A stretch of 40,358 nucleotides of DNA from a virus. Lineage: Duplodnaviria; Heunggongvirae; Uroviricota; Caudoviricetes. The position numbers and the translations under genes are program-made. The notes below the pieces were generated by a model, which was given only the letters and a program-made list of their open reading frames with translations, was not told where the DNA came from and made no database searches. Shown here piece after piece: positions 30,514 to 39,110 of this stretch; position 1 is the stretch's first letter; each line of letters opens with the position of its first letter. The stretch spans positions 1 through 40,358 of IMG/VR virus record IMGVR_UViG_2877953467_000003, one strand, 5' to 3'.

Positions 30514-31518
30514 ATGAATTCTATTGAAAATCATGATGTTTATGTGTATACAGGCGATATTCATCGTGATGGTTATCTTGATCTCACCAATGAAATCAAG
30601 AAACGTAAGTCACAACATGGATTAAAAGAGAATGTTATCTTCTGTGTTGCTACTTATGGCGGTGATCCAAATGCAGGTTATCGTATAGGTAGAGCTCTAC
30701 AGCACCATTATGAAACGGTAACACTTTTAGTTGTTGGACCATGCAAAAGTGCTGGTACACTAATAGCTATAGCAGCCAATAAACTTGTTATTGGTGACAT
30801 GGGGGAGCTTGGGCCATTAGATATCCAACTGAAAAAAAACGATGAAATAGGTGAGATGAGTTCTGGTTTAGCTATCATGACAGCTCTTGATGCTCTAAAG
30901 GAACGCTCTATTTCAGCGTTTAACTCACACCTTGTTAAGATAAGATACGAAAATCAGATAAGTACCAAAATGTCTGCTGATATCGCGACCAGACTTACAG
31001 AAGCGTTGATAGCACCTATGGCCGCACAGATAGATCCAATAAAGCTTGGTGAACATCAGCGCGCAATGAGTATAGCTATCACTTATGGCCAACGATTAGC
31101 AGACAAACCAAGCAGCCTAAAAGAAGGGGCGTTAGGCAAACTAATAGCCTCATATCCTTCACATGGATTTGTTATCGACAGAAAAGAAGCCAAGGAACTT
31201 TTCAAGTGTGTTGAACATCCTGAAGGCATAACAGAAATACTCTATAATCTTTTCTGTGACAAAATTCATAGTGGTGAAATTCCAACATTTGGAAAGCCAA
31301 GAGTAATGGATTTCACTGTTTCCCAACAAGATAAAGAGGAATACACTAATGCCGAAGAATCTGCAACCGGAGATGGAAGTTCTCAACAGGATGCTGGAAA
31401 GCCAGATCCAGGAAGGTCGCGATCTGGCAAGAAAAGCGGAACAACACCTGAACGAGATCAAGAAGGAATTGGAGCCGTATCAATTCAACCACCAGATGAA
31501 CAGCAACCTAATGCGTGA
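30514..31518 (+). CDS. ClpP/S49-like serine peptidase family protein at the rex-equivalent position
   Basis: 334 aa; ClpP/crotonase-like motifs (VATYGGDPNAGYRIG, GPCKSAGTLIAIAANK) plus polar disordered C-terminal tail; AT-rich gene; family assignment from motif recognition only. Confidence 0.55.
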   Translation: MNSIENHDVYVYTGDIHRDGYLDLTNEIKKRKSQHGLKENVIFCVATYGGDPNAGYRIGRALQHHYETVTLLVVGPCKSAGTLIAIAANKLVIGDMGELGPLDIQLKKNDEIGEMSSGLAIMTALDALKERSISAFNSHLVKIRYENQISTKMSADIATRLTEALIAPMAAQIDPIKLGEHQRAMSIAITYGQRLADKPSSLKEGALGKLIASYPSHGFVIDRKEAKELFKCVEHPEGITEILYNLFCDKIHSGEIPTFGKPRVMDFTVSQQDKEEYTNAEESATGDGSSQQDAGKPDPGRSRSGKKSGTTPERDQEGIGAVSIQPPDEQQPNA

Positions 31519-31548
31519 TCTCTTTGCTCTGTAATTAATTCCTCACAT

Positions 31549-31574
31549 CCCGGCCTCAGCGCCGGGTTTTCTTT
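31549..31574 (+). terminator. Intrinsic terminator after the peptidase gene
   Basis: Perfect hairpin CCCGGC-ctcagc-GCCGGG followed by TTTTCTTT. Confidence 0.55.
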
Positions 31575-31755
31575 GCCTCACGATCGCCCCACCTAAAAAC
31601 ACATAACCAATTGTATTTAGTGAAAAATTGATAAATACAACTTGCTAAACCACGCAATCCAGATCTCCCTCAAGCCTCTTCATTTCTCCTGTCGAATTCC
31701 TGCAACAAAAATAAAACACCATGAAAATCAATATGATATTTTAAAATCAAAGAAA

Positions 31756-31797
31756 TTTATCATTTTGCTATTGCCATTAATTTATCATTTCGATAAA
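31756..31797. promoter_or_regulatory. OL operators / pL region
   Basis: 17 bp sites with TTTATC half-sites (31756-31772; 31781-31797, inverted repeat TTTATC-N5-GATAAA) sharing the OR motif. Confidence 0.45.
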
Positions 31798-31836
31798 GTT
31801 TACCCATCAGCAGGACGCACTGACCACCATGAAGGT

Positions 31837-31869
31837 GAGGCTCTTAAAAATTAAGCCCTGAAGAAGGGC
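31837..31869 (+). promoter_or_regulatory. nutL site (boxA-like GCTCTTAA and boxB GCCCTGAAGAAGGGC)
   Basis: Near-identical to lambda nutL as recalled; perfect boxB hairpin. Confidence 0.75.
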
Positions 31870-32067
31870 AGCATTCAAAGCAGAAGGCTTTGGGATTGGA
31901 TGAATGAGCAGGCTGATGCTCGACCAATGTATAAACAGCGCTCATGGCAAGCAGTAACCAATCTGCGCCTCAAGACAGCGTCACTGGTAGTGCGGGCGCT
32001 CTAACCAGTAAGCCGGGGTTCAGCGCCGGCCATCCAATCACCAAAGCTAACTGACAGGAGAATCCAG

Positions 32068-32400
32068 ATGGATGCACAAACACGCCGCCGCGAACGTCGC
32101 GCAGAGAAACAGGCTAAATGGAAAGCAGCAAATCCCCTGTTGGTTGGGGTAAGCGCAAAACCAGTTAACCGCCCTATTCTCTCGCTGAATCGCAAACAGA
32201 AATCACGAGTAGAAAGCGCACTGAATCCTATAGACCTTACAGTGCTGGCTGAATACCGCGAACAGATTGAAAGCAACCTGCAACGTATTGAGCGCAAGAA
32301 TCAGCGCACATGGTACAGCAAGCCACGCTGTGAAATGGGTGTGACTTGCTCAGGCCGCCAGAAGCAACGCGGAAAATCAATTCCAGCTTATTACGATTGA
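32068..32400 (+). CDS. N: Antitermination protein N
   Basis: Begins MDAQTRRRERRAEKQAKWKAANPLLVG (arginine-rich motif), recognised as near-identical to lambda N; downstream of nutL. Confidence 0.9.
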   Translation: MDAQTRRRERRAEKQAKWKAANPLLVGVSAKPVNRPILSLNRKQKSRVESALNPIDLTVLAEYREQIESNLQRIERKNQRTWYSKPRCEMGVTCSGRQKQRGKSIPAYYD

Positions 32401-32408
32401 GGTGAGCC

Positions 32409-32546
32409 ATGCTCAAGAAAGTCAAACGCCGACTTTACAAAGAAGGTAGATATTCATGCCAGTTGCCAAAATGCGACACAACAAAATGGAGTGTCGATGA
32501 TTGGTGTAACTGGATAGATAGATACGGAACTTGGTGGAATAAATAA
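32409..32546 (+). CDS. Small Cys/Trp-rich hypothetical protein (about 45 aa)
   Basis: Hand-translated MLKKVKRRLYKEGRYSCQLPKCDTTKWSVDDWCNWIDRYGTWWNK; RBS-like GAGGTGAG upstream; below ORF-track cut-off. Confidence 0.3.
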   Translation: MLKKVKRRLYKEGRYSCQLPKCDTTKWSVDDWCNWIDRYGTWWNK

Positions 32547-32600
32547 CAGGTAACTTAAGCGTATTTACTTTCGCAGCAAACCACTTATTTGAGGTGAGAT

Positions 32601-33071
32601 ATGACAAAATCATGGAGCGTACCTTTTCCTGAATCAGAAACTGAACATGATGGAATGCCTGTTTTCTGGAGATTCCAGGCGACAGTTGAAGAAGATGGAA
32701 TCAAAATATTCGCACTTCAATATATAGCTTTTCATCAGACAGAGCATTATGCATGGTTGGTTCCTGCGCATTGGATTGTTAATTTTAAACCAGCACCAAA
32801 TCAGTGGTTACAGGAATGGAAACAAAAGAGAAATAGATATGCAATTAAGAAAGTAGCAAAAAATGCAGAAAGATCTTTTGCATTCCCAACGAAGAAACTT
32901 GCTATTGAAAGTTTATTGCGTCGGAAGAAATACCATTTAATGAGAATCAAACAAGATTTGGCTGTTGTATCAACTCTTGTTGATGGGATGAAGAATATTG
33001 ATACATCAACACCAGATATTGAATATAACTTTGGGCACAACCAAGAAACAGAAAATTGGGTATTTTATTAG
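32601..33071 (+). CDS. Hypothetical protein (AT-rich accessory gene downstream of N)
   Basis: 156 aa ORF with GAGGTGAG RBS; no recognisable motifs; AT-rich codon usage. Confidence 0.5.
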   Translation: MTKSWSVPFPESETEHDGMPVFWRFQATVEEDGIKIFALQYIAFHQTEHYAWLVPAHWIVNFKPAPNQWLQEWKQKRNRYAIKKVAKNAERSFAFPTKKLAIESLLRRKKYHLMRIKQDLAVVSTLVDGMKNIDTSTPDIEYNFGHNQETENWVFY

Positions 33072-33214
33072 TACGAGTAAGCACTGTGTATTCATTCCAA
33101 CGAGTGAATACACGGAGCAATGTCGCTCGTAACTAAACAGGAGCCGACTTGTTCTGATTATTGGAAATCTTCTTTGCCCTCCAGTGTGAGGGCGATTTTT
33201 TTGATGGAGGATAT

Positions 33215-34183
33215 ATGAGTGAAGTAACAGATTTAGTTGTTATTGAAAAAGCAAATGCAATGACTGTATTTCAGTCTGCCGACCAGATTGAAGAAATTCT
33301 CCAAAAGGTTGAACGTGAAGTTATGTCCTTTGTGCCTGATATCACAACGGCAAAGGGCAGAAAGGAGATCGCTTCTCTGGCGTATAAAGTTGCGCAGACG
33401 AAAACATATCTCGATGGTCTTGGCAAAGACCTTGTTGCTGAACTGAAGGAAATTCCAAAGCTAATTGATGCCAACCGCAAGACAGTGCGTGATCGACTTG
33501 ATGAGCTGAAAGCCAAGGCGCGCCAGCCTCTTACTGATTATGAGGAGGAACAGGCACGGATTAAAGCCGAAGAAGAAGCTAAGGCAGCAGCTGAAGCTCT
33601 CGCAAAGCAAATTGAGTCTGACCATGAAATAGCGATTTTGATGGATCGCGAATTTGACCGCCAAAGAGAAGAGGCAAGACTCAAAGCGGAGCAGGAAAAG
33701 CGAGAGCATGAAGAACGCTTAAAAAGAGAAGCTGAAGAGAAAGCCAGAGCAGAAGCCGAAGCAAAGGCAAAAGCCGAAATTGAAGCAGCAGCAAGGCGAG
33801 AAGCAGAAGCTAAGGCCGCAGCGGAACGTGCAGAGCGTGAACGCATTGAAGCCGAGCAACGAGCACAGCGCGAAGCAAAAGAGGCAGCAGAACGAGCTGA
33901 AAAAGAAAAGCAGGCAGCAATTGAAGCAGAACGCAGAAAAGCACAGGAGGAGGCTGAACGAATCCGGCGCGAGGCTGAAGCAAAAGAGCAAGCCAGAATA
34001 GCAGAAGAAAAAAGAATCAAGGATGAAGAAGAGCGTAGAGCAAAGGATAAAGCTCACCGGAAAGAAGTAAATAACAAAATACTTGCTGACCTTATCAAGG
34101 TTGGCGCATCAGAAGATGTTGCTAAAAATATCATAATAGCCATCGTAAAAGGCGAAGTATTCGCAACAAAAATAACCTACTAA
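33215..34183 (+). CDS. Hypothetical protein with long E/R/K/A-rich helical (coiled-coil or single alpha-helix) region
   Basis: GGAGG RBS before ATG at 33215; about 120 aa N-terminal domain, about 170 aa charged repeat (AEAKAKAEIEAAARREAEAK), short C-terminal domain. Confidence 0.6.
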   Translation: MSEVTDLVVIEKANAMTVFQSADQIEEILQKVEREVMSFVPDITTAKGRKEIASLAYKVAQTKTYLDGLGKDLVAELKEIPKLIDANRKTVRDRLDELKAKARQPLTDYEEEQARIKAEEEAKAAAEALAKQIESDHEIAILMDREFDRQREEARLKAEQEKREHEERLKREAEEKARAEAEAKAKAEIEAAARREAEAKAAAERAERERIEAEQRAQREAKEAAERAEKEKQAAIEAERRKAQEEAERIRREAEAKEQARIAEEKRIKDEEERRAKDKAHRKEVNNKILADLIKVGASEDVAKNIIIAIVKGEVFATKITY

Positions 34184-34732
34184 TAAAACCAACATAAGGA
34201 ACCACCCATGATTTACGCAATCGCGGGAGGCGCTCGCATGGGTGCCTTCCAACTAAATGAATCTTTACTTGAACGAATCACCCGTAAATTACGTGACGGA
34301 TGGAAAAGAGTTGAGGTCTTATTATGCGCAATGAAATAGCCATCAATCACCAGATGCTTCGTGCTGCACAGAACAAAGCAGTAATAGCCCGATTTATTGG
34401 TGATTCAAAAATGTGGCTTGAAGCAAATAAAGCGATGAAATCAGCTATCAACCTTCCGTGGTATCGCAGGAAATGAGTTTTACAGATAACTGGCCAGACG
34501 AAGAATTCATTCGTCAGATGAAAGAATTAATCGGTAACGAAGGAGATATTCATGTCACTTGCAACCACAGTGAAGGAGAGCAAGTTACAGAGACGCATGT
34601 ACACGCAGAAAGCTCTCTGGTATCGCCATAATGGCGACCGCGAAGGAATGCGGGTATGCCTTAATTTGTCCCGAGTCGAAGTATTAAATCAGCGTTATTT
34701 CCTTGGGCCATGTCCATTCTGAGAACAAACAT

Positions 34733-35338
34733 ATGAGCAAAGAATTTTACGCAAGACTGGCAGCTATTCAGGAGAATCTGAACGCGCCAAAGAATCAGTA
34801 CAACTCATTCGGTAAATATAAATACAGAAGCTGCGAAGACATTCTTGAAGGCGTTAAGCCGTTACTGAATGGCCTGTTTTTATCAATCAGCGATGAAGTT
34901 GTGTTGATTGGTGATCGGTATTATGTGAAAGCCACGGCAACTATTACCGATGGCGAAAACAGTCATACGGCAACCGCTCTTGCACGAGAGGAAGAAAGCA
35001 AGAAAGGAATGGATTCTGCACAAGTTACGGGAGCCACAAGCTCTTATGCACGCAAGTATTGCCTCAATGGTTTGTTCGGCATTGATGATGCGAAAGATGC
35101 AGATACCGACGAGCATAAACATCAGCAGAACGCAGCAGCAAAGCAATCAAAACCATCACCTACACCTGAACAGGTTCTAAAAGCATTCACTGACGCAGCA
35201 TTGCAGAAAAACACCGTGGAAGAGCTTAAACAGGCGTTCGCCAAAGCGTGGAAGATGCTCGAAGGCACACCGGAGCAGCACAAAGCGCAGGACGTTTACA
35301 ACATCAGACGAGACGAATTAGAAGGAGCTGCTGCTTAA
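34733..35338 (+). CDS. erf: ERF-family single-strand annealing protein
   Basis: MSKEFYARLAAIQENLNAPKNQYNSFGKYKYRSCEDILEGVKP recognised as P22 Erf-like; precedes SSB. Confidence 0.75.
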   Translation: MSKEFYARLAAIQENLNAPKNQYNSFGKYKYRSCEDILEGVKPLLNGLFLSISDEVVLIGDRYYVKATATITDGENSHTATALAREEESKKGMDSAQVTGATSSYARKYCLNGLFGIDDAKDADTDEHKHQQNAAAKQSKPSPTPEQVLKAFTDAALQKNTVEELKQAFAKAWKMLEGTPEQHKAQDVYNIRRDELEGAAA

Positions 35339-35721
35339 TGGCACATTCGATTACTGTAAGACTAAACAAGCCCGCAAGAGAGTTTCAGGACGGGGAAAAT
35401 ATCGGATTCAACATCCGTGCTGGCGTTCAGTATTACGATCGCCAGACAAAAAAGAAAGAATGGACAAACTACAGCGCCGTTGTATTTGCCAAGCCGGGAG
35501 CGCAAGCGGATTACTACCGTAGTGTTCTTGTTGAAGGTGGCATTGTAGAAATTACCGGAGAAAACATCAGGGTTGATGTTTATCAGGGGCAAAATGGTCA
35601 ATCAATCACTCTTGAATTACTGAATGCAAAGATTGGATTTGCAACTTCAGGAAACAGCCAACAGCAGCAAAGTAGCAATCATCAAAATCATCCTGAATAC
35701 GACGATTCAATTCCCTTCTAA
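35338..35721 (+). CDS. ssb: Single-stranded DNA-binding protein (SSB-like)
   Basis: 127 aa; start overlaps erf stop (TAATG); ends with acidic tail DDSIPF like the SSB C-terminal DDDIPF motif. Confidence 0.6.
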   Translation: MAHSITVRLNKPAREFQDGENIGFNIRAGVQYYDRQTKKKEWTNYSAVVFAKPGAQADYYRSVLVEGGIVEITGENIRVDVYQGQNGQSITLELLNAKIGFATSGNSQQQQSSNHQNHPEYDDSIPF

Positions 35722-35744
35722 AGTAGCAATATAAGGATTCCATT

Positions 35745-36041
35745 ATGCCAGCGCCTCTGTATGGTGCGGATGACCCACGCCGCTGTTCCGGCAATTCCGT
35801 ATCGGAAGTGCTGGATAAATTCAGAAAAAACTACGACCTGATAATGTCGCTACCGCAGGAAACGAAAGAGGAAAAGGAATTTCGCCATTGTATATGGCTT
35901 GCAGAGAAAGAAGAACGCGAGCGAATTTACCAGACATCAATCCGACCATTCCGCAAAGCCACATATACCCACTTCCCTGAATATATCGACCCGCGCCTGC
36001 GTAATTACCGCTCACGCTATGGCGCTATCAGTAATGACTGA
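35745..36041 (+). CDS. Hypothetical early protein (possibly Abc2-like anti-RecBCD; unverified)
   Basis: 98 aa ORF following erf/ssb; assignment rests on position and vague recall only. Confidence 0.4.
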   Translation: MPAPLYGADDPRRCSGNSVSEVLDKFRKNYDLIMSLPQETKEEKEFRHCIWLAEKEERERIYQTSIRPFRKATYTHFPEYIDPRLRNYRSRYGAISND

Positions 36042-36051
36042 GGAATTTACC

Positions 36052-36219
36052 ATGAGAGGACTTGCATACAATCCCGGCATTCTTCCGGCAGAAATGATTA
36101 TTCGCCAACGCGTAAAGCCCATGCCATCGAGAGAGGAATTGCTTAAGAGAAAGAGTTTCGGTTCTGTTAATGACAACAAATATCTGAATGCGATGTGGCG
36201 CAAAGGAGGCAACCAGTGA
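36052..36219 (+). CDS. Small hypothetical protein (55 aa)
   Basis: ATG at 36052 preceded by GAGGAA; ORF track shows a longer alternate-frame-start version (35899-36219). Confidence 0.3.
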   Translation: MRGLAYNPGILPAEMIIRQRVKPMPSREELLKRKSFGSVNDNKYLNAMWRKGGNQ

Positions 36220-36515
36220 GTGTATATCTTATTGATAAACGTCGACGTGGGCAACAAATACCACCTGTAGGAATTCCGAATCACACATGGTTTTGCGTAC
36301 TTGATATCGATGGTATGGATTCGTTGGTTGACACTCGTCATTACTGCGATACCGCAACAGCTACTCCGGCGAAAGCAAAGAAAATGGCTGCTCTGATAGA
36401 AAACTGGACTCCACCTGATGGTTGGTGCAATGGGAATGATCGAGATTGGCATGAAAAAATGAAGGGCTACATCTGCGATTTCTTACGTAAATGCAACGGA
36501 TTCAGGGTGATGTGA
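36195..36515 (+). CDS. Hypothetical protein
   Basis: 106 aa ORF; likely true start is GTG at 36216 preceded by AAAGGAGG. Confidence 0.45.
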   Translation: MAQRRQPVSVYLIDKRRRGQQIPPVGIPNHTWFCVLDIDGMDSLVDTRHYCDTATATPAKAKKMAALIENWTPPDGWCNGNDRDWHEKMKGYICDFLRKCNGFRVM

Positions 36516-36516
36516 C

Positions 36517-37134
36517 ATGAGCAAGATTGACTATCAGGCACTGCGTGAGGCGGCAGAAGCAATAAAAGTCGTGGCAACGCCGCAAAAGTTGCTTGCGTTT
36601 CGCATGAAGGTCACACCGCAGGTTGTGCTGGAACTACTGGATGAACGGGAAAGAAACCAGCAATACATCAAACGCCGCGACCAGGAGAACGAGGATATTG
36701 CGCTTACGGTTGGGAGGCTGCGCGTTGAGCTGGAAGGCAAAGACAGCAAAATAGCCAATCTTACCGCCGAACGCGATGCTCTTCGTGAAGGTGAGATGGG
36801 CGACGCTAGGCATAGCAACACACGGGCCGCAGCTGATATCTACTTCCAACTGGTCGAGGAGTGCGAAATTCCTGCTGGCGGATCTCTGGTCGAGTACGTT
36901 GACGATATGCGCGAGAAGCTGGAAGCCGCAGAGAAGCGCATTGCAGAGTTAGAAAGTGGTTCTCAGGCACAAAAGTTAGTTGAAGCAATCATTGTTGCGA
37001 TAGAAAACGAACAGGAACGTCTTTTTGATGAAGATTACCTAATGGATTCGAAAGAATGCATTGACGTAATTCGTGAAGAAGTAAAGCGATGGAATGATTC
37101 CCGCGCCGCTGGCATTCGCATCAAAGGAGAGTGA
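36517..37134 (+). CDS. Ead/Ea22-like hypothetical protein
   Basis: 205 aa acidic coiled-coil-containing protein in the early-left accessory region. Confidence 0.45.
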   Translation: MSKIDYQALREAAEAIKVVATPQKLLAFRMKVTPQVVLELLDERERNQQYIKRRDQENEDIALTVGRLRVELEGKDSKIANLTAERDALREGEMGDARHSNTRAAADIYFQLVEECEIPAGGSLVEYVDDMREKLEAAEKRIAELESGSQAQKLVEAIIVAIENEQERLFDEDYLMDSKECIDVIREEVKRWNDSRAAGIRIKGE

Positions 37135-37135
37135 T

Positions 37136-37333
37136 ATGGATAAAAACACCACTGCTTACTGGAATCTGTCACTTGATACCGAATGCCCCAAATGCGGTCA
37201 CAATTTCGATCTGCTTTGTGACGCTGATTTCTGGGAGTTTTCTGGAGCTAAACAGGCATGTGAAGAAATAAAAGGTTACGAAACATGCTGTCCAGAATGT
37301 AACCATGAATTTAAAACAGATTTCGTGTATTGA
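37136..37333 (+). CDS. Small zinc-ribbon-like protein
   Basis: CPKCG ... CCPECNH paired Cys motifs; ATG at 37136 after GGAGAG RBS. Confidence 0.45.
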   Translation: MDKNTTAYWNLSLDTECPKCGHNFDLLCDADFWEFSGAKQACEEIKGYETCCPECNHEFKTDFVY

Positions 37334-37343
37334 GGCATAACAA

Positions 37344-37973
37344 ATGACCACTATTACCAAAGAACGTATTGAATTGTTCATTAAAAATCCGCTTGAAAAC
37401 GGGCTTACTCGTGGCGAACAAATGGAACTGGCACGAATTGCACTGGCATCACTGGAACGCGAACTGATTCGCCACGAGCATGCCAAATGGTCTGACTCCA
37501 CATTTGGCTGCGTTGGCCCCATTGGTCCACTGAAACACCTCTCAAAAGAGGCACTGGAAGCCGCAGCCGAACCAGACGATCTCAGCGAGTGGGCTGATAT
37601 GCATTTCCTGTTGTGGGATGCACAGCGCCGTGCTGGCATCAGCGATGCTGAAATTACCGCTGCTATGGAAGATAAATTGAAGATCAACATGGAGCGCCAG
37701 TGGCCTGAGCCAAAAGATGGTGAGCCTCGCTTGCACATTAAAGAACCCGGCAACTCTCCGGTAACTCCGGATGGTTGGATAAGCTGTAGTGATCGAATGC
37801 CGGAAGACACCAAAATGTTACTGGCATTTAGTCAAGGTAAAATCGTGGCCGCATATTGGAACTGGGTTATAAATCCAATTGATTACAAAAAATATAGAGC
37901 TTTCACGTATTTATCAGGATATATCTTGGATGACGTAACTCACTGGATGCCGCTACCAGAGCCTCCACTTTGA
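37344..37973 (+). CDS. Hypothetical protein, possible DUF550/DUF551-type phage protein
   Basis: 209 aa; C-terminal VTHWMPLPEPP resembles DUF551 tails; domain assignment tentative. Confidence 0.45.
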   Translation: MTTITKERIELFIKNPLENGLTRGEQMELARIALASLERELIRHEHAKWSDSTFGCVGPIGPLKHLSKEALEAAAEPDDLSEWADMHFLLWDAQRRAGISDAEITAAMEDKLKINMERQWPEPKDGEPRLHIKEPGNSPVTPDGWISCSDRMPEDTKMLLAFSQGKIVAAYWNWVINPIDYKKYRAFTYLSGYILDDVTHWMPLPEPPL

Positions 37974-38069
37974 AAGCGAAGCTTATACATATCTTTTACA
38001 TCAGCAATCTATTGTTAATCTCCAATCAATGTTACGTTGTCATCTCACTCATGCTTTGGAGGTAGTGAT

Positions 38070-38249
38070 ATGTCTTGTCCAAAATGCGGTTCTGGAAATA
38101 TTGCAAAAGAAAAAACAATGCGTGGATGGTCTGGTGATTATGTGTGCTGCGATTGCGGATACAACGACTCTAAAGACGCATTTGGAGAGCGTGGTAAAAA
38201 CGAGTTTGTTAAAATTAATAAAGAACGCGAAGGCAACGAAAAAAGCTAA
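38070..38249 (+). CDS. Small zinc-ribbon protein
   Basis: MSCPKCGSGNIAKEKTMRGWSGDYVCCDCGYND: two Cys pairs; internal start of the 38037 ORF. Confidence 0.4.
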   Translation: MSCPKCGSGNIAKEKTMRGWSGDYVCCDCGYNDSKDAFGERGKNEFVKINKEREGNEKS

Positions 38250-38313
38250 TTTATTTATTCATATATGAAAACAATGTAACCAATATTCGAATTGAAGAAC
38301 TGAAAGAACACCA

Positions 38314-38337
38314 AGCCGCCTGATGGCGGTTTTTTAT
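38314..38337 (+). terminator. Intrinsic terminator
   Basis: Hairpin CCGCC-tgat-GGCGG followed by TTTTTTATT. Confidence 0.5.
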
Positions 38338-38380
38338 TACCTGATTTGCAGGTTCGATTCCCTATTCGGAGATAGCACTC

Positions 38381-38581
38381 ATGCAACACGAACTACAGCC
38401 TGATTCACTGGTTGATTTGAAATTCATCATGGCCGATACTGGCTTCGGTAAAACCTTCATCTATGATCGGATTAAGTCCGGAGACCTTCCAAAAGCCAAA
38501 GTTATCCACGGGCGAGCAAGATGGTTATATCGTGACCATTGTGAATTCAAAAATAAGCTCTTAAGCCGCGCCAATGGGTAA
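38381..38581 (+). CDS. torI: Excisionase / recombination directionality factor TorI (AlpA-like winged helix)
   Basis: 66 aa beginning MQHELQPDSLVDLKFIMADTGFGKTFIYDRIKSGDLP, recognised as E. coli TorI; lies just inside attR. Confidence 0.85.
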   Translation: MQHELQPDSLVDLKFIMADTGFGKTFIYDRIKSGDLPKAKVIHGRARWLYRDHCEFKNKLLSRANG

Positions 38582-38654
38582 AATAGCGGGTAAAATATTT
38601 CTCACATCTAAAAAACACCATTCCAATCAATCCCCTGCCGCCTCAAGTAGATGT

Positions 38655-38669
38655 CTGCAGGGGACACCA
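38655..38669 (+). repeat. attR core (15 bp direct repeat CTGCAGGGGACACCA)
   Basis: Exact repeat of tRNA 3' end 1069-1083. Confidence 0.7.
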
Positions 38670-39110
38670 GATACCCTTCAAACGAAATCTACCTTCACCC
38701 CGTAAAAGATGGGTTTGGCAGCACACTTGCCTTATATCTACTCATTTTTACTGCAACAGGTTGAAATCTCAGCACTGTCAGAAAGCGCTGATGACTAAAC
38801 AGCCCTGGGCCGGGCGATGTAACCATCACACAGAATCCTGATAGCGAAATATGGCGTGACTCGATACTTCACTCCGCAATGCATTCCTTGATGAATTCGC
38901 AGGACCGTGATACACGGGACAGGTCACTGAATGACGACAATGTCCTGGAAATCAGCGAACCGCGCATCTGAAGTACATTTGAGCGACTGTACCAGAACAT
39001 GAATGAGGCGTTTGGATTAGGCGATTATTAGCAGGGCTAAGCATTTTACTATTATTATTTTCCGGTTGAGGGATATAGAGCTATCGACAACAACCGGAAA
39101 AAGTTTACGT

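Larger units (their letters stand above)
1069..38669. mobile_element. Integrated lambdoid prophage (KplE1/CPS-53-type int-xis, HK97-like head, Mu-like tail), apparently intact
   Basis: Bounded by the 15 bp direct repeat at argW; contains integrase, excisionase, full morphogenesis, lysis, replication and immunity modules with no obvious frameshifts. Confidence 0.85.

Noticed and set aside
32422-32613. 63 aa minus-strand ORF downstream of N
   Set aside because: Antisense to the plus-strand early operon and overlaps better-supported plus-strand ORFs; likely an AT-rich chance ORF.
33461-34057. Minus-strand ORFs of 82, 160 and 112 aa rich in Ser/Ala/Cys/Phe
   Set aside because: Antisense to the low-complexity E/R/K/A repeat gene; repetitive sequence keeps alternate frames open by chance.
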